Shown here: in pieces, positions 24,401 through 36,325 of the stretch
Layout of the letters: each line of letters opens with the position of its first letter
How positions within the stretch are numbered: position 1 is the first letter of the stretch
Source: an uncultured Planctomycetota bacterium
GTDB lineage: Bacteria > Planctomycetota > Planctomycetia > Isosphaerales > Isosphaeraceae
Direction: 5' to 3'
Length of the DNA stretch: 64,000 bases
Assembly (NCBI GenBank): GCA_963845755.1
Contig: CAWJTV010000024.1
Coordinates: 1-64,000 of the forward strand
Program-made: the position numbers and the translations under genes
The notes under the pieces: model-generated
The model's database searches: none
Seen by the model: the letters and a program-made list of their open reading frames with translations, nothing else
Told to the model about the DNA's origin: nothing

Positions 24401-27400
24401 TTGGCATCGTGTTCCAATACGGGTCGTATACAATCGGTGGACTCACGCCGACGCCGGGCACGGGATTGGGCAACGTCATCTCGGGCAATGGCAACGTCGG
24501 CATCGCTAACTTCACCGGTGGTCTCAGCCAGATCGAAGACACGCCTATCGCCATCGAAGGCAACATCATCGGCGCCGATGCCACCGGCGAGAACGCAATG
24601 CCGAGTGTTGTTGGGGGCATCGCTCTCACATCAGTCAGCCTGGTCACGATCGGCGGCACGGCGGCGGGCGCCGGCAACCTGATCTCGGGAAACGGAATCA
24701 ATAATCGTGGGAACGTCTTTCTCGGGGACTCCTCGGACTGTGCCGTCCAGGGCAACCTCATCGGCACCGACATCACTGGCGAGACCCAACTGATTGGCGC
24801 GAGTGTTCAGCAGGCCGGTGGTGTGGTCCTCGCCGACGGATCGACCGATGACACGATTGGCGGCACAACCGCCGCGGCTCGGAATATTATCTCCGGTAAC
24901 GGCGAAGGAGAAGGCGGCGTTCCAGGCGTCTACATCGGCGTCGACCTGGACCCGAGCTCGACAACATCCGGCAGCGTCGTCGAGGGCAACTATATCGGCA
25001 CCGACAAAACGGGCACGGCCGCGCTGGGAAACGCCAGCGACGGCGTCGAGCTCGGTGCCGGCGCCTCGGGCAATACCATTGGCGGCACGGTCGCCGGCGC
25101 CGGCAACGTCATCTCGGGCAACACCATTGACGGCATCGAGATCGACGGCTCGGGCGCGACTGGCAACCTGGTCGCGGGCAACTTCATAGGCACCGATTAC
25201 ACGGGCACGGCCGCGCTGGCCAACGGCATCAACGGCGTGGGGATCGGCACGAGTGCCTCGGGCAACACGATCGGTGGCACCACGGCCGCGGCTCGCAACA
25301 TCATCTCCGCCAACGTCCGTACCGGCGTCGTGATCGACGACGCGAACGACAACCTCGTCGAGGGCGACGACATCGGCACCGATGTGACCGGGAAGGTCGC
25401 GCTGGGCAACGACTCCGAGCGAGCCCCATCCGCCGGTGGCGTCTTCCTCTACGATGGCGCCTCGGGCAACACCATCGGCGGGCTCACCGCGACCCCGGGC
25501 ACGGGCGCGGGGAACCTGATCTCGGGCAACACCTTTGCGGGCGTGTCGATGTTGGATGCGGGGCCGTCCAACCTGGTGGCCGGCAACCTGATCGGCACCA
25601 ATGTCACGGGGTCGGTCGCTCTCGGAAACACCGGAAACGTGTACAATTACGGTGGGTTGGGCGTCAGTGTCGACTACTCGCCCGACACCATCGTGGGCGA
25701 GCCGGGCGGCGGCAACGTGATCGCCGGCAACGGCCTCGGCATCGTCAACAGCGCCAACGTCGCCCTGAATCACTCGAGCGGGACCGTGGTTCAGAGCAAC
25801 TTCATCGGCACCGACATCACCGGGACCATCGCCCTCTCCACCACCACCTACTACGGCCTACTGTACCAATTCGGGTCGTATACAATCGGTGGACTCACGC
25901 CGACGCCGGGCTCGGGATTGGGCAACGTCATTTCGGGCAATGACGTCGGCGGTATTTTTGATTTCACCGGCGGTTCCAGCCAGATTGTGGCCACGGCCGT
26001 CGCCATCGAAGGCAACATCATCGGCGCCGATGCGACCGGCGAGCACGCGTTGTCGAATTTCAATGGAGGCGTCATACTCGCTCAGGTCAGCATGGTCACG
26101 ATCGGCGGCACAGCGGCCGGCGCGGCGAACCTGATCTCGGGAAACAATTTTGGCGGGAATGTCGGTCTGTACGACTGCTCGAATGATGTGGTCGAGGGCA
26201 ACGATATCGGCACCGACATCACCGGCGAGAGCCGCCTGACGGACTCGGGTGTTCAACCCGCCGGTGGCGTGTTTGTCGGAGACGGATCGACCGATAACAC
26301 GATCGGCGGCACGACCGCCGCGGCTCGGAATATCATCTCGGCGAACACCGATGCTGGCCTCTACATCGGAGTTATCAAGGTCGCGGGCTCTACATCATCC
26401 GGCAACGTTGTCGAGGGCAATTACATCGGCACCGACGCGATCGGCACAACCGCACTCGGCAACGGCGGCGATGGCGTCGTTCTCGGCGTTGGCGCCCTGG
26501 ACAACACGATCGGTGGCACGGCCGCCGGCGCCGGCAATCTGATTTCGGGCAATACGAACGACGGCGTGGAGATCGCCGGCTCCGGCGCGACCGGCAACCT
26601 TGTGGCGGGCAACCTCATCGGCACCGACCACACCGGGACGGCCGCGCTGGGCAACACCGGCGACGGGGTCGAGATCGACTCGGGCGCCTCTGGTAACAGC
26701 ATCGGCGCAACCACGGCCGGCGCCGGTAACACGATCGCCGACAACACGAATGACGGCGTCCAGGTCGTCGGCAATGGCACCACGGGCAATCCCATCCGGG
26801 GCAATTCGTTCACGGGCAATGGGGTCCTCAGCATCGAGCTGGGCACTAGCGGCGTGCCCTCGACGAACGTGCTCGGAGGCGCCGGGACCGGTCCCAACGA
26901 CGACGAGAATTACCCGGTCCTCACCATCGTGAGCTATACCCCCGGGACCGGGACGACCATCGCCGGCAATATCAACACGACGCCCAACACCCCGGTCTTC
27001 ATCGACTTCTACACCGACACCGTCGAAGCGACCAACGGTTATGGTCTGGGCCAGACCTACATTGGCAGCGTGACCGTCAACACGACGATCGACGGCAACG
27101 CCTCGTTCACCTTCCTGAGCCCGACCCTCCCGCCCAACGCGATCGTCACGGCGACGGCGACGGACCCGGGCAATACGTCGGAGTTCTCGCTCGACGACGC
27201 CGAGGACAATCCGCCGATCGCCGAGCTCGTCGCGCGGCCGAGTCCGGCGGGCACGCCCGCGACGACGTTCAACGAAGATCAGACCATCACCTTCGACGGT
27301 TCCGGCTCGTACAGCCCCGATGGCGACCCCCTGACGTACACCTGGGATTTCAACGATGGGACGACTCCCATCACCACGGCGACCCCGACGATCACGCATT

Positions 27401-30400
27401 CCTACGACTACGACGGAACCTATGTCGTCACCTTGATCGTCAATGACGGCCACGGCGGTATCGAGAGTACCGTTGACATCCTGACCATCGACAAGCTGCC
27501 GCCGGCGATCGCCTTCAATCCGCTGCCGCCCTCGCTCGCGGTCGGCTCGACGCTCAACCTGAGCGGCACGATCGACGACCCGACCCCCGACCTCGAGACC
27601 GTCGTCCTCGACTGGGGTGACGGTTCGGGCACCACAACCCTGAATTTGCCCGCGGGGAGCACGACATTTTCGGCCTCGCACGACTACGCCTCGCCGCTTC
27701 CGGGCGGCGCGACGACCGCGACGATCACCGCGACCGTGACCGACGCCTCGAACCCGGCCGCATCGCCTCAGCCCTCGCCGATCGGGCCGCTCACGCCCAC
27801 GCCCACCTTCGACGTCGGCGGCCTGAGCGGATCGACCTCCGCCACGCTGACGGTCTCCCAGCAGTCGCCGACGATCGCCGGTCTGAACCTCAGTCCGACC
27901 ACGGTCAACGTCAATGGCACGGTCACCCTCTCGGGAACGGTCGTCGATCCCAACCCGCTCGTCTCTCACACGTTGACGATCGAGTGGGGCGACACACCGG
28001 CCACGACCACCCTGTTCCTGCCCCCCGGCGACCTGTCGTTCTCAAGTACGCATCAGTACCTGAACACCCCCAACGACACGCTCTCCGGCCCGTATCCGAT
28101 CAGCCTGACAGTCGTCAACAGCAACGGCCTCACCGGCGCCGCGAACACGAGCGTCACCGTGGTCGACGTGTCGCCGGTGGTGCAGATCGAGAGCCTGCCG
28201 AACTCGACCACCGGATCGCTCGTCTCGCTGATCGCCAACGCGACCGAGCCGGGTCCGCTCAACCAGCTCACCTACCAGTGGACCCTCAGCGCCAACGGTT
28301 CGACGTACGCGACGGGGACCGGCCAGACCCTCACGTTCACGTCGGTCAACGGCGGAGTTTTCACCGCGTTGGTGGTGGTCACCGACCAGGATGGCGCCAC
28401 CGGCCAGGCGAGCGACCAGGTGGTGATCGGCCCGTCGGCCCCGAATAATACCGTCAGCTTCAATCCGGCCGGCGCCGGGCTGGTCACCATGACTGCGGAC
28501 GGCACGACGTCCAATCCGTTCGCACCCGGCAATGCGGTCATCTATTACGCGCGCGGCGCGACCAACGTCGTCGAGGCCGCACCCACGCTGACGACCCCGG
28601 TCGAGTTCATCGGCAGCACTGGCGGGACGAACACGCTGATCGGCGGGGCCGGCGACGACACGCTCGTCAGCGTCATGGGGGACGACTTCCTCGAAGGAAC
28701 CACGGGCAACACCGACTTCGTGCTCATCCTGGGCCATGATCCCATGCTCGTGGCGTCAACGGGCATCAACACCATCGATCTCAGCCAGACGCCCCAGAAC
28801 ATCACCCTCAACCTCAGCGACCAGGCGATCCAGACCGTTGACAGCGACGGGGATATCGTGGTTCTTCAAGGCACATTCCAGAACGTGATCGCCGGCCCCG
28901 GGGATGACACCCTCACAGCCGCCAACGGCGTCAACAGCTCGCTCATCGGCGGCTCCGGCAACGACATCATCTATGGTGGGACCTCCGGAAATGACTCGAT
29001 CGTCGGCGGCACCGGCAATTCGACGCTCCACGGAGGAGGCGGCAACGACATCATCTATGGCGGCACCTCCGGAAATGACTCGATCGTCGGCGGCACCGGC
29101 AACAACACGATCCACGGCGGTGGCGGCAACGACATCATCTATGGCGGGACCTCCGGCAATGACTCCATCGTCGGCGGGACCGGGAACTCCACGATCCACG
29201 GCGGAGGCGGCAACGACATCATCTACGGCGGAACCTCTGGCGACGACTCGATCGTCGGCGGGACCGGGAATGGCACGATCACCGGAGGCGGCGGCAACGA
29301 CATCATCTACGGCGGCACCTCCGGCGACGATTCGATCGTCGGCGGCACCGGGAACTCCACGATCACCGGAGGCGGCGGCAACGACATCATCTACGGCGGC
29401 ACCTCCGGAAATGACTCGATCGTCGGCGGCACCGGGAACAACACGATCCACGGCGGGGGTGGCAACGACATCATCTACGGCGGCACCTCCGGAAACGACT
29501 CGATCGTCGGTGGAACCGGGAACTCCACGATCCACGGCGGGGGTGGCAACGACATCATCTACGGCGGCACCACCGGCGACGACTCGATCATCGGCGGCAC
29601 CGGGAACTCGACGATCACCGGAGGCGGTGGCAACGACATCATCTACGGCGGCACGACCGGAGATGACTCGATCGTCGGCGGCACCGGAAATTCGACGATC
29701 ACCGGTGGCGGTGGCAACGACATCATCTACGGCGGGACAAGCGGCAACGACTCGATCGTCGGCGGAACCGGCAACAACACGATCCACGGCGGTGGCGGCA
29801 ACGACATCATCTACGGCGGCACCTCCGGAAATGACTCGATCGTCGGCGGAACCGGCAACAACACGATCCACGGCGGTGGCGGCAACGACATCATCTACGG
29901 CGGCACCTCCGGAAACGACTCGATCGTCGGCGGAACCGGCAACAACACGATCCACGGCGGGGGTGGCAACGACATCATCTACGGCGGCACCTCCGGCGAC
30001 GACTCGATCGTCGGCGGGACGGGCAATACGACGATCCAGGGCGGCGGCGGCAACGACATCATCTACGGCGGGACAAGCGGCAACGACTCGATCGTCGGCG
30101 GCACCGGGAACAACACGATCCACGGCGGGGGTGGCAACGACATCATCTACGGCGGCACCTCCGGAAACGACTCGATCGTCGGTGGAACCGGGAACAACAC
30201 GATCCACGGCGGTGGCGGCAACGACATCATCTACGGCGGCACCACCGGCGACGACTCGATCGTCGGCGGGACGGGAAACACCACGATCCAGGGCGGCGGC
30301 GGCAACGACATCATCTACGGCGGCACCTCCGGAAACGACTCGATCGTCGGCGGAACCGGGAACTCCACGATCCACGGCGGCGGCGGCAATGACATCATCT

Positions 30401-33400
30401 ATGGCGGGCCGACGGGAAGCGACTCGATCGTCGGTGGCACAGGCAACGACACGATCACGGGCGGTGGCGGCAGCGACATCATCTTCGGAGGGCCCGGCGA
30501 TGACTCGATCATGGGCGGGACCGGCTTCAACACGATCAGCGGTGGCGGCGGCGCGGATATCATCTCCGGCGGGCCAAATGACTGGCTGATCGAGACCGAC
30601 CCGGTCGGCAACACCACGACTCCGACCACGGTGACCCTGACCAACACCTCACTCACCATGCCGGGTTACGGGACCGACACGACCAGTGGCATCAGCAACG
30701 TCGTCGTCGGGCTGGGCGACGGCAAGATCGTGCTCGACGCCCATCAGGACACCCTGCCGCTGGTCCTGGTCGCCGGGACGGGCGACGACACGATCCTGGC
30801 GGGGTCGGGGGACGATACGTTGTATGCGGGCTCGGGAACCGACTCGCTCGTCGGCGGCGGCGGCAACGACACGTACGTCTTCGGCTCGCTGACGCAGGGG
30901 AATGTCACGGTCAACGATGGGTCGACCACGAACAATACGCTCGACTTCTCACTCTTCAACGCGGGGATCAATCTCGATCTCGAGGCCGTCGGGCCGCAGG
31001 TCGTGAGCCCGGGTCTGTTGACCCTGACCCTGACCAATCCGCAGAGCATCAACAAGGTCGTCGGCACGTCCTACCCCGACACGATCCTGGGCAACGGTCG
31101 GGATGACACCCTGATCGGCAACGACGGAGCCGACTACCTCAACGCCCGCGGCGGCGCCAGCCTGATCGAAGGTGATCAGACACAGGTCGTTTATCTCGAT
31201 TTCCTGTCCGGCCCGGTCGACTACTCGGAACAGACCACCCGGGACGCGATCCAGGCCCGCGTGGGCGCGATCTATTCGGCATTCAATTTCACCTTCACCC
31301 AGACACAGCCGATCAGCGGGCCTTACGAGACCCTGTTTTTCAACGTCCCGGGCGGCAGCCTCCTGGCCGGCGAGGCGACCGAGCTCGACTGGCGGAACCT
31401 CGACCTCGGAGGCTCGGCCACGGTCGACATCAGCCAGTTCCTCGGCGGAATCGACCAGCCGCCCGACACCTTGACGGATGTGATCAACATGTCGGCGACG
31501 ATCGCCGGCCACGAGCTCGGGCACCTCTCCGGCCTCGTCCACGGTGACGCGTTCGGCCCGATCGGCGCCGGTATCTACGCGAACCTGGCCGACAACCCGT
31601 ACCTCGACGGCTTCAACCCGGCCTACCCCGGCCCGGACGATGCGGTCGACACGCGGTATCACGTCATGGGGTCGCCGGCCTCGGTGGGCACCTCGCTTTT
31701 CGACGCCGCCAACGTCACGTTCTTCGGCGAGCGCGAGGACATCGCGATGGCCTTCGCCGACTCGGGCACGACGACCAACGAGCTACCCGGCGATCCCAAC
31801 ACCTCGGTCGCGACGGCCCAACCCGTGACCCTGGCACCGCTGAGCGTCCCGAACACGCTCCTGATCGGCCAGGGGACCGGTGATGTCTTCAACGTCACGG
31901 CCGCCGACGTCGTCGGCTCGATCCAGCTCGGGGCCGACGGGCAGAGCAATTCCGACTACTATGCCATCACCGCGACCGCGGGCGAGCTGCTCAACTTCCA
32001 GGTCCTGTCGCAGTCGCTCACCCGCGACGATGGGATCGCGATCGATTCCGAGCTGACGATCTACCAAGCCGACGGCAGCACCGTGGTCCCGTACTACGGC
32101 AGCCCCTCGGGCGCGTTCAACGACGACGGCTTCCAGGACGCCGACGCCGTCATCTACGACCTCATCATGCCGTACACGGGCACTTATTATGTGAAGGTCA
32201 GCACGTTCTCCGTCACCGACTCGCTCGGCATCGTTCATAATTCGGATATCGGTGACTATGAACTGTTCATGTATAGCTTCGCCACCTCGTCGTCCGACCC
32301 CACGCCGGCCGCGGACGGCGACACGCTCATCGGCGGCTCCGGACAGGACACGCTCATCGGTAGCTCAGCGAGCGATCTGATCGAGGTCGTACCGGGCGAC
32401 TCGGTCAGCTCCGGCTCGGGTGCCGACACAGTCGACGTGCTGCCGTACGACATCGCGATCGCCGACCCGCCACTCCAGGTCGGGAGCCCGGTCGGGCTGG
32501 ACGGCAGCTTCGTGGCATCGAACCCGGGCATGGCCTACACGTATGACTGGCACGTGGTCAGCAGCAACGGCCAGGTGATCGACGACGGCCTCGGGACGGC
32601 CGCGGTCAACGACGGCACGGGGACGACGGCGTTCCAGTTCACGCCGCGGGCCGCGGGCGATTATACCATCACGCTGACGATCACCGACGGATTCGGCGGC
32701 GTCAACCAGGCGACACTCGCCGAGACCGTCGGGACGATTACCCCCTTCACGACCCAGATCGGGACGGGCGCCAGCGAGCTCACAGGGACGTCCGGCACAC
32801 CGATCACGTTGACCGCGACGGCGACCGGCACGTATCCCGTCGCATCCTACTCCTGGGACGTGTCCGCCCCGGGTTCGACGACGCCCCCGGCGCCGGGCTC
32901 CGACTCCTCCTACACCTTCACCCCCACAGCCGCCGGCGATTACGACGTAACACTGACCGCGACCGATACGAACGGGGATGTCTCGGTGTCGACGCTCACA
33001 GTCATCGTCCCCTACGTCGCCCCCTCGGTGCAGATCGTCGGAGTACCGTCGAACGAGTTCGTGGCCGAAGGGTATTCGTTCTCCCTGGCCAGCGTCGTCA
33101 ACAACCCGACGCCGGGAGACAACCTCACGGAATCGTGGACGGTCACGGCCGACGACGGCTCCCAGTCGCCCTTTACCGAGTCGGGTCCGACCGTGACCTA
33201 CACGCCGGACGACATCGGGACTTACACCGTCACGCTCGATCTGTTCGATGCCAACAACCAGGTCGTTGCGTCGGTATCCCAGCAGATCATCTCGATTGGC
33301 GTCGCCCCGAACGCGACGATCTCGGGCGGACCGCAGGGAGGGACGACGACAGAAGGCACGTCCGTCTCCTTCTCGGGCGCCGCGAGCAGTCCGAGCACGG

Positions 33401-36246
33401 TCACCTCGGCCAAGGGCTTCTATTACTCGTGGAGTGTGATGCTCGGCGCCTACACCTACGTCGCCCCCACGACCCCAACGATCAACGACACGAGCTTCAG
33501 CTTCACGCCGGGCCAGGCGGGGACCTTCGTCGTGTCGCTCTCCGTCACGGACTATCACGGATTCACCAGCGTTGCTGCTACCGAGACGGTCGAGGTTGCT
33601 GCGGTCCCTCCGTCGGTGACGATCACGGGCCTGCCCGCCGGCAGCGTCAGCGAGGGAACGACCGTGGCTCTCGGCAGCGTCGTCAACAACCCCAGCGCCG
33701 TGCTCCAGAGCGCCGGGTTCGCGGAGGTATGGACCGTCCTGTTCGACGGGGCGACGTACGGACCGTTCAACGGCCCGGCGCTGAACCTCACGCTCGGTTC
33801 CGTCGGCAGCTATACCGTGGAGTTGACGGCCACGGACGCCGAGGGGGTCTCGTCCACGGCGACTCAGGTGATCACCGCCACGGATACCGCTCCGGTGCTC
33901 ACGCCATCGACCTCGCCAACGATGCAGCCTCCGCAACAGGCGACGATCACCGCGTACAATCTCGGCAGCGTGACGGGCCCCGGCCTCGACAATAATCCCG
34001 GGTTTGTCACGGTAGACTGGGGCGACGGCAGCCCCGCGACGACGTTCCAGATCTCGTCCCAGGGTTCGCTGGGACTTCAGGCTCACGCCTACGAACTGCC
34101 CGGCAATTACGAAGTGACCGTCACCGTGGTCGACATCTACGGTCTCTCCGGCTCCGAATCGTTCTCGACGACCGTGGCTCCGGTCGCACCCGCGCCGGAG
34201 ATCGAGGACGCCCCGGCCTCCCTGAACTCGGGTTCGTCCGTGACGCTGGGCAGCAGTGTCACCGACTTCAGCCAGGTCGAGACGGCTCTCGGCTATACGT
34301 ATGCCTGGAGCGTTCTGTTGAACGGCTCCCCGATCACGCTTCCGGGCAACCCAGCGACCAACGGCCCCAACCTCGATTTCACGCCGGAGGTCGGCGGTAC
34401 CTATACGGTCGAGCTCTCCACCACAGACGCCAGCGGCTCGATCGGCGCCGCGTCTCCGCAGACGATCGTTGTGAACAACGTGCCGCCGACCGCGTCGTTC
34501 AGCGGCCTCCCGGCGAGCAGTCTCCCCGGCACCGCCATCACCCTGACCGGATCGGCCACCGACCCGAGCACCGTTGACACCGCCGCGGGCTTCACGTTCG
34601 ACTGGACCGTAACCGGACCGGCCAAGGTCCTTTTCACCGGCACCAGCACGACCGCCAATCCCGGCTTCACGTTTACGCCCGTCGTCGCGGGCAGTTATAC
34701 CGTCGCGATGACGGCCGTCGACAGCAACGATCTCTCCGGCTCGACCAGCCAGACATTCAGCGTCCAGGCCGTCGCGCCCAGCTTGGGTACCATCTCGGCG
34801 CCTTCGACGGTGAACAGCGGCGTGGCATTCTCGGTTTCCGACACCTTCACTGACCCCGATCCGGATGTGACCCACACCGCGGTCTGGAACTGGGGAGACT
34901 CGACGACCTCGACCGGCACGGTCACCGAGCCCCACGGCTCGACGCCGGGACAGGTGAGCGGCTCGCATACCTACACGATGGCCGGCACTTACACGATCAC
35001 CCTGACGCTCACCGGCAGCGACGGCCTCACCGCCCAGGCCACCGCCCAGGTGGCCACCACTCAGTCGATCATCATCCTGGACCCGACGGCCGGCGGTGCC
35101 CTCTCGCTGTCTGGCAACGCGACCATCGATGTCTCAGGTCTCATCGCGGTCGACTCGAACGCGACCACGGCCGTTTCCGCCAGCGGCAACGCGTCGGTCA
35201 CGGCCTCCAGCATCCAGGTCGTGGGGAAGGTCCAGAAGAGCGGCAACGCCAAGTTCAACCCTGCGCCTACGACCGGGGCCAAGTCCGTGGCCGACCCGCT
35301 CTCCGGGCTGTCGCTGCCCAGCACGTCGGGCCTGACCAACCATGGTGCCGAAAGCCTCTCAGGGAACGTGAAGGCGACGATCCAACCCGGCATCTACAGC
35401 GGGATCGCTGTCTCGGGCAACGCCGCTCTGACCCTGGCCAGCGGAATCTACATCATCGAAGGCGGCGGGCTCACCGTCTCGGGCAACGGTAGCATCACCG
35501 GCTCGGGCGTGATGATCGTCAATGCCGGCAGCAGTTACCCCAGCAAGGGTGGAACGTATGGCAGCATCAGCCTCAGCGGCAATGGTACCTACAGCCTGAG
35601 CCCGGCGACCAGCGGGACCTACGCGGGGATCGTGATCCTCCAGCCCAAGGACAATACCAAGGCCCTCACCCTGAGCGGCAATGCCTCCGGGATGAGTGGG
35701 ACGGTCTACGCTCCGGCCGCCCAGTTGTCGGAGAGCGGCAATGCCCAGCTCGACGCGTCCCTGATCGTCGATATGCTGACGATCAGCGGTAATGGGACAG
35801 CCGACAGCCTGACGTTGGATTCTTCCGAGGGAATGGTCGCTTACAGCCTGGCGCAGCTCGGCTCGGCGTATGGCATGGACTCCGCGTCGCTAAACTCTGG
35901 GATGAAGAGCACCGGACTCGGTCTGCTCCTCCCAGACGACGTTGGGCTTGATGTCGGAGGGGTCTCAGTCCCGTCGGCCCCGGGTTCGGTTCTCGCGTCC
36001 GTGGATCTCGCGCTGATCGACGGGAGTATGGCCCTGGATCCGACGACCTCATCGATGAACCTGGTGGTCCGGATGCAATCGGACTTGCCCGGAGTGGAAA
36101 TGGGAAAGACCTCTCGAGCGAGCCACACGCCGCAAGGTCCGACCATCGACGCTGCCACCCTGGATTCCCTGCTCAGCGGTGGATGGCGTGCACGATCGTC
36201 CTGGATCGCCGACCGACCTCGTCCTTCGATCAAGAGGTTTCTCTGA
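15497..36246 (+). CDS. Giant (~6,900 aa) secreted/surface adhesin-like protein: LEPR-XLL-like N-terminus, parallel beta-helix repeats, PKD/Ig domains, RTX-like repeats, metzincin-type peptidase motif, PPC-like domain; frameshift near 21066
   Basis: RRRR..PGFLDLEQRWLMATF; dozens of NVISGN..GNxIGTD..GNTIGG units; DPLTYTWDFNDG (PKD); GGxGND repeats; HELGHLSGLVH at 31510-31542. ORFs 15497-21307 and 21175-36246 join by adding one base (IEGGASGDRIGTDG). Confidence 0.88.
22285..26592 (+). repeat. Three tandem ~1.43-kb internal duplications in the beta-helix region
   Basis: Homologous blocks start at 22285, 23707 and 25162 (next start 26593); periods 1422, 1455 and 1431 bp. Confidence 0.85.
28957..30550 (+). 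repeat. Tandem array of ~19 84-bp units encoding 28-aa RTX-like repeats
   Basis: GGCAACGACATCATCTA recurs every 84 bp (e.g. 29041, 29461, 29881, 30301); unit GGGNDIIYGGTSGNDSIVGGTGNNTIHG. Confidence 0.95.
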
Positions 36247-36325
36247 GAGGCTGTGTGAGAGGTTGTCTTGGCCCCGAATGAGGGCGGAATCGTATCGCTC
36301 GGGGCATGAGCCCGAGAACCCATCA

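Noticed and set aside
28957..30550. Regular 84-bp repeats as a CRISPR array
   Set aside because: There are no unique spacers, the units are in-frame coding repeats with synonymous variation, and no cas genes are present.
28756..34968. Long antisense or alternative-frame ORFs (e.g. 28756-30375, 28904-30589, 32365-34968)
   Set aside because: Shadow ORFs expected from high-GC codon bias over the giant gene.
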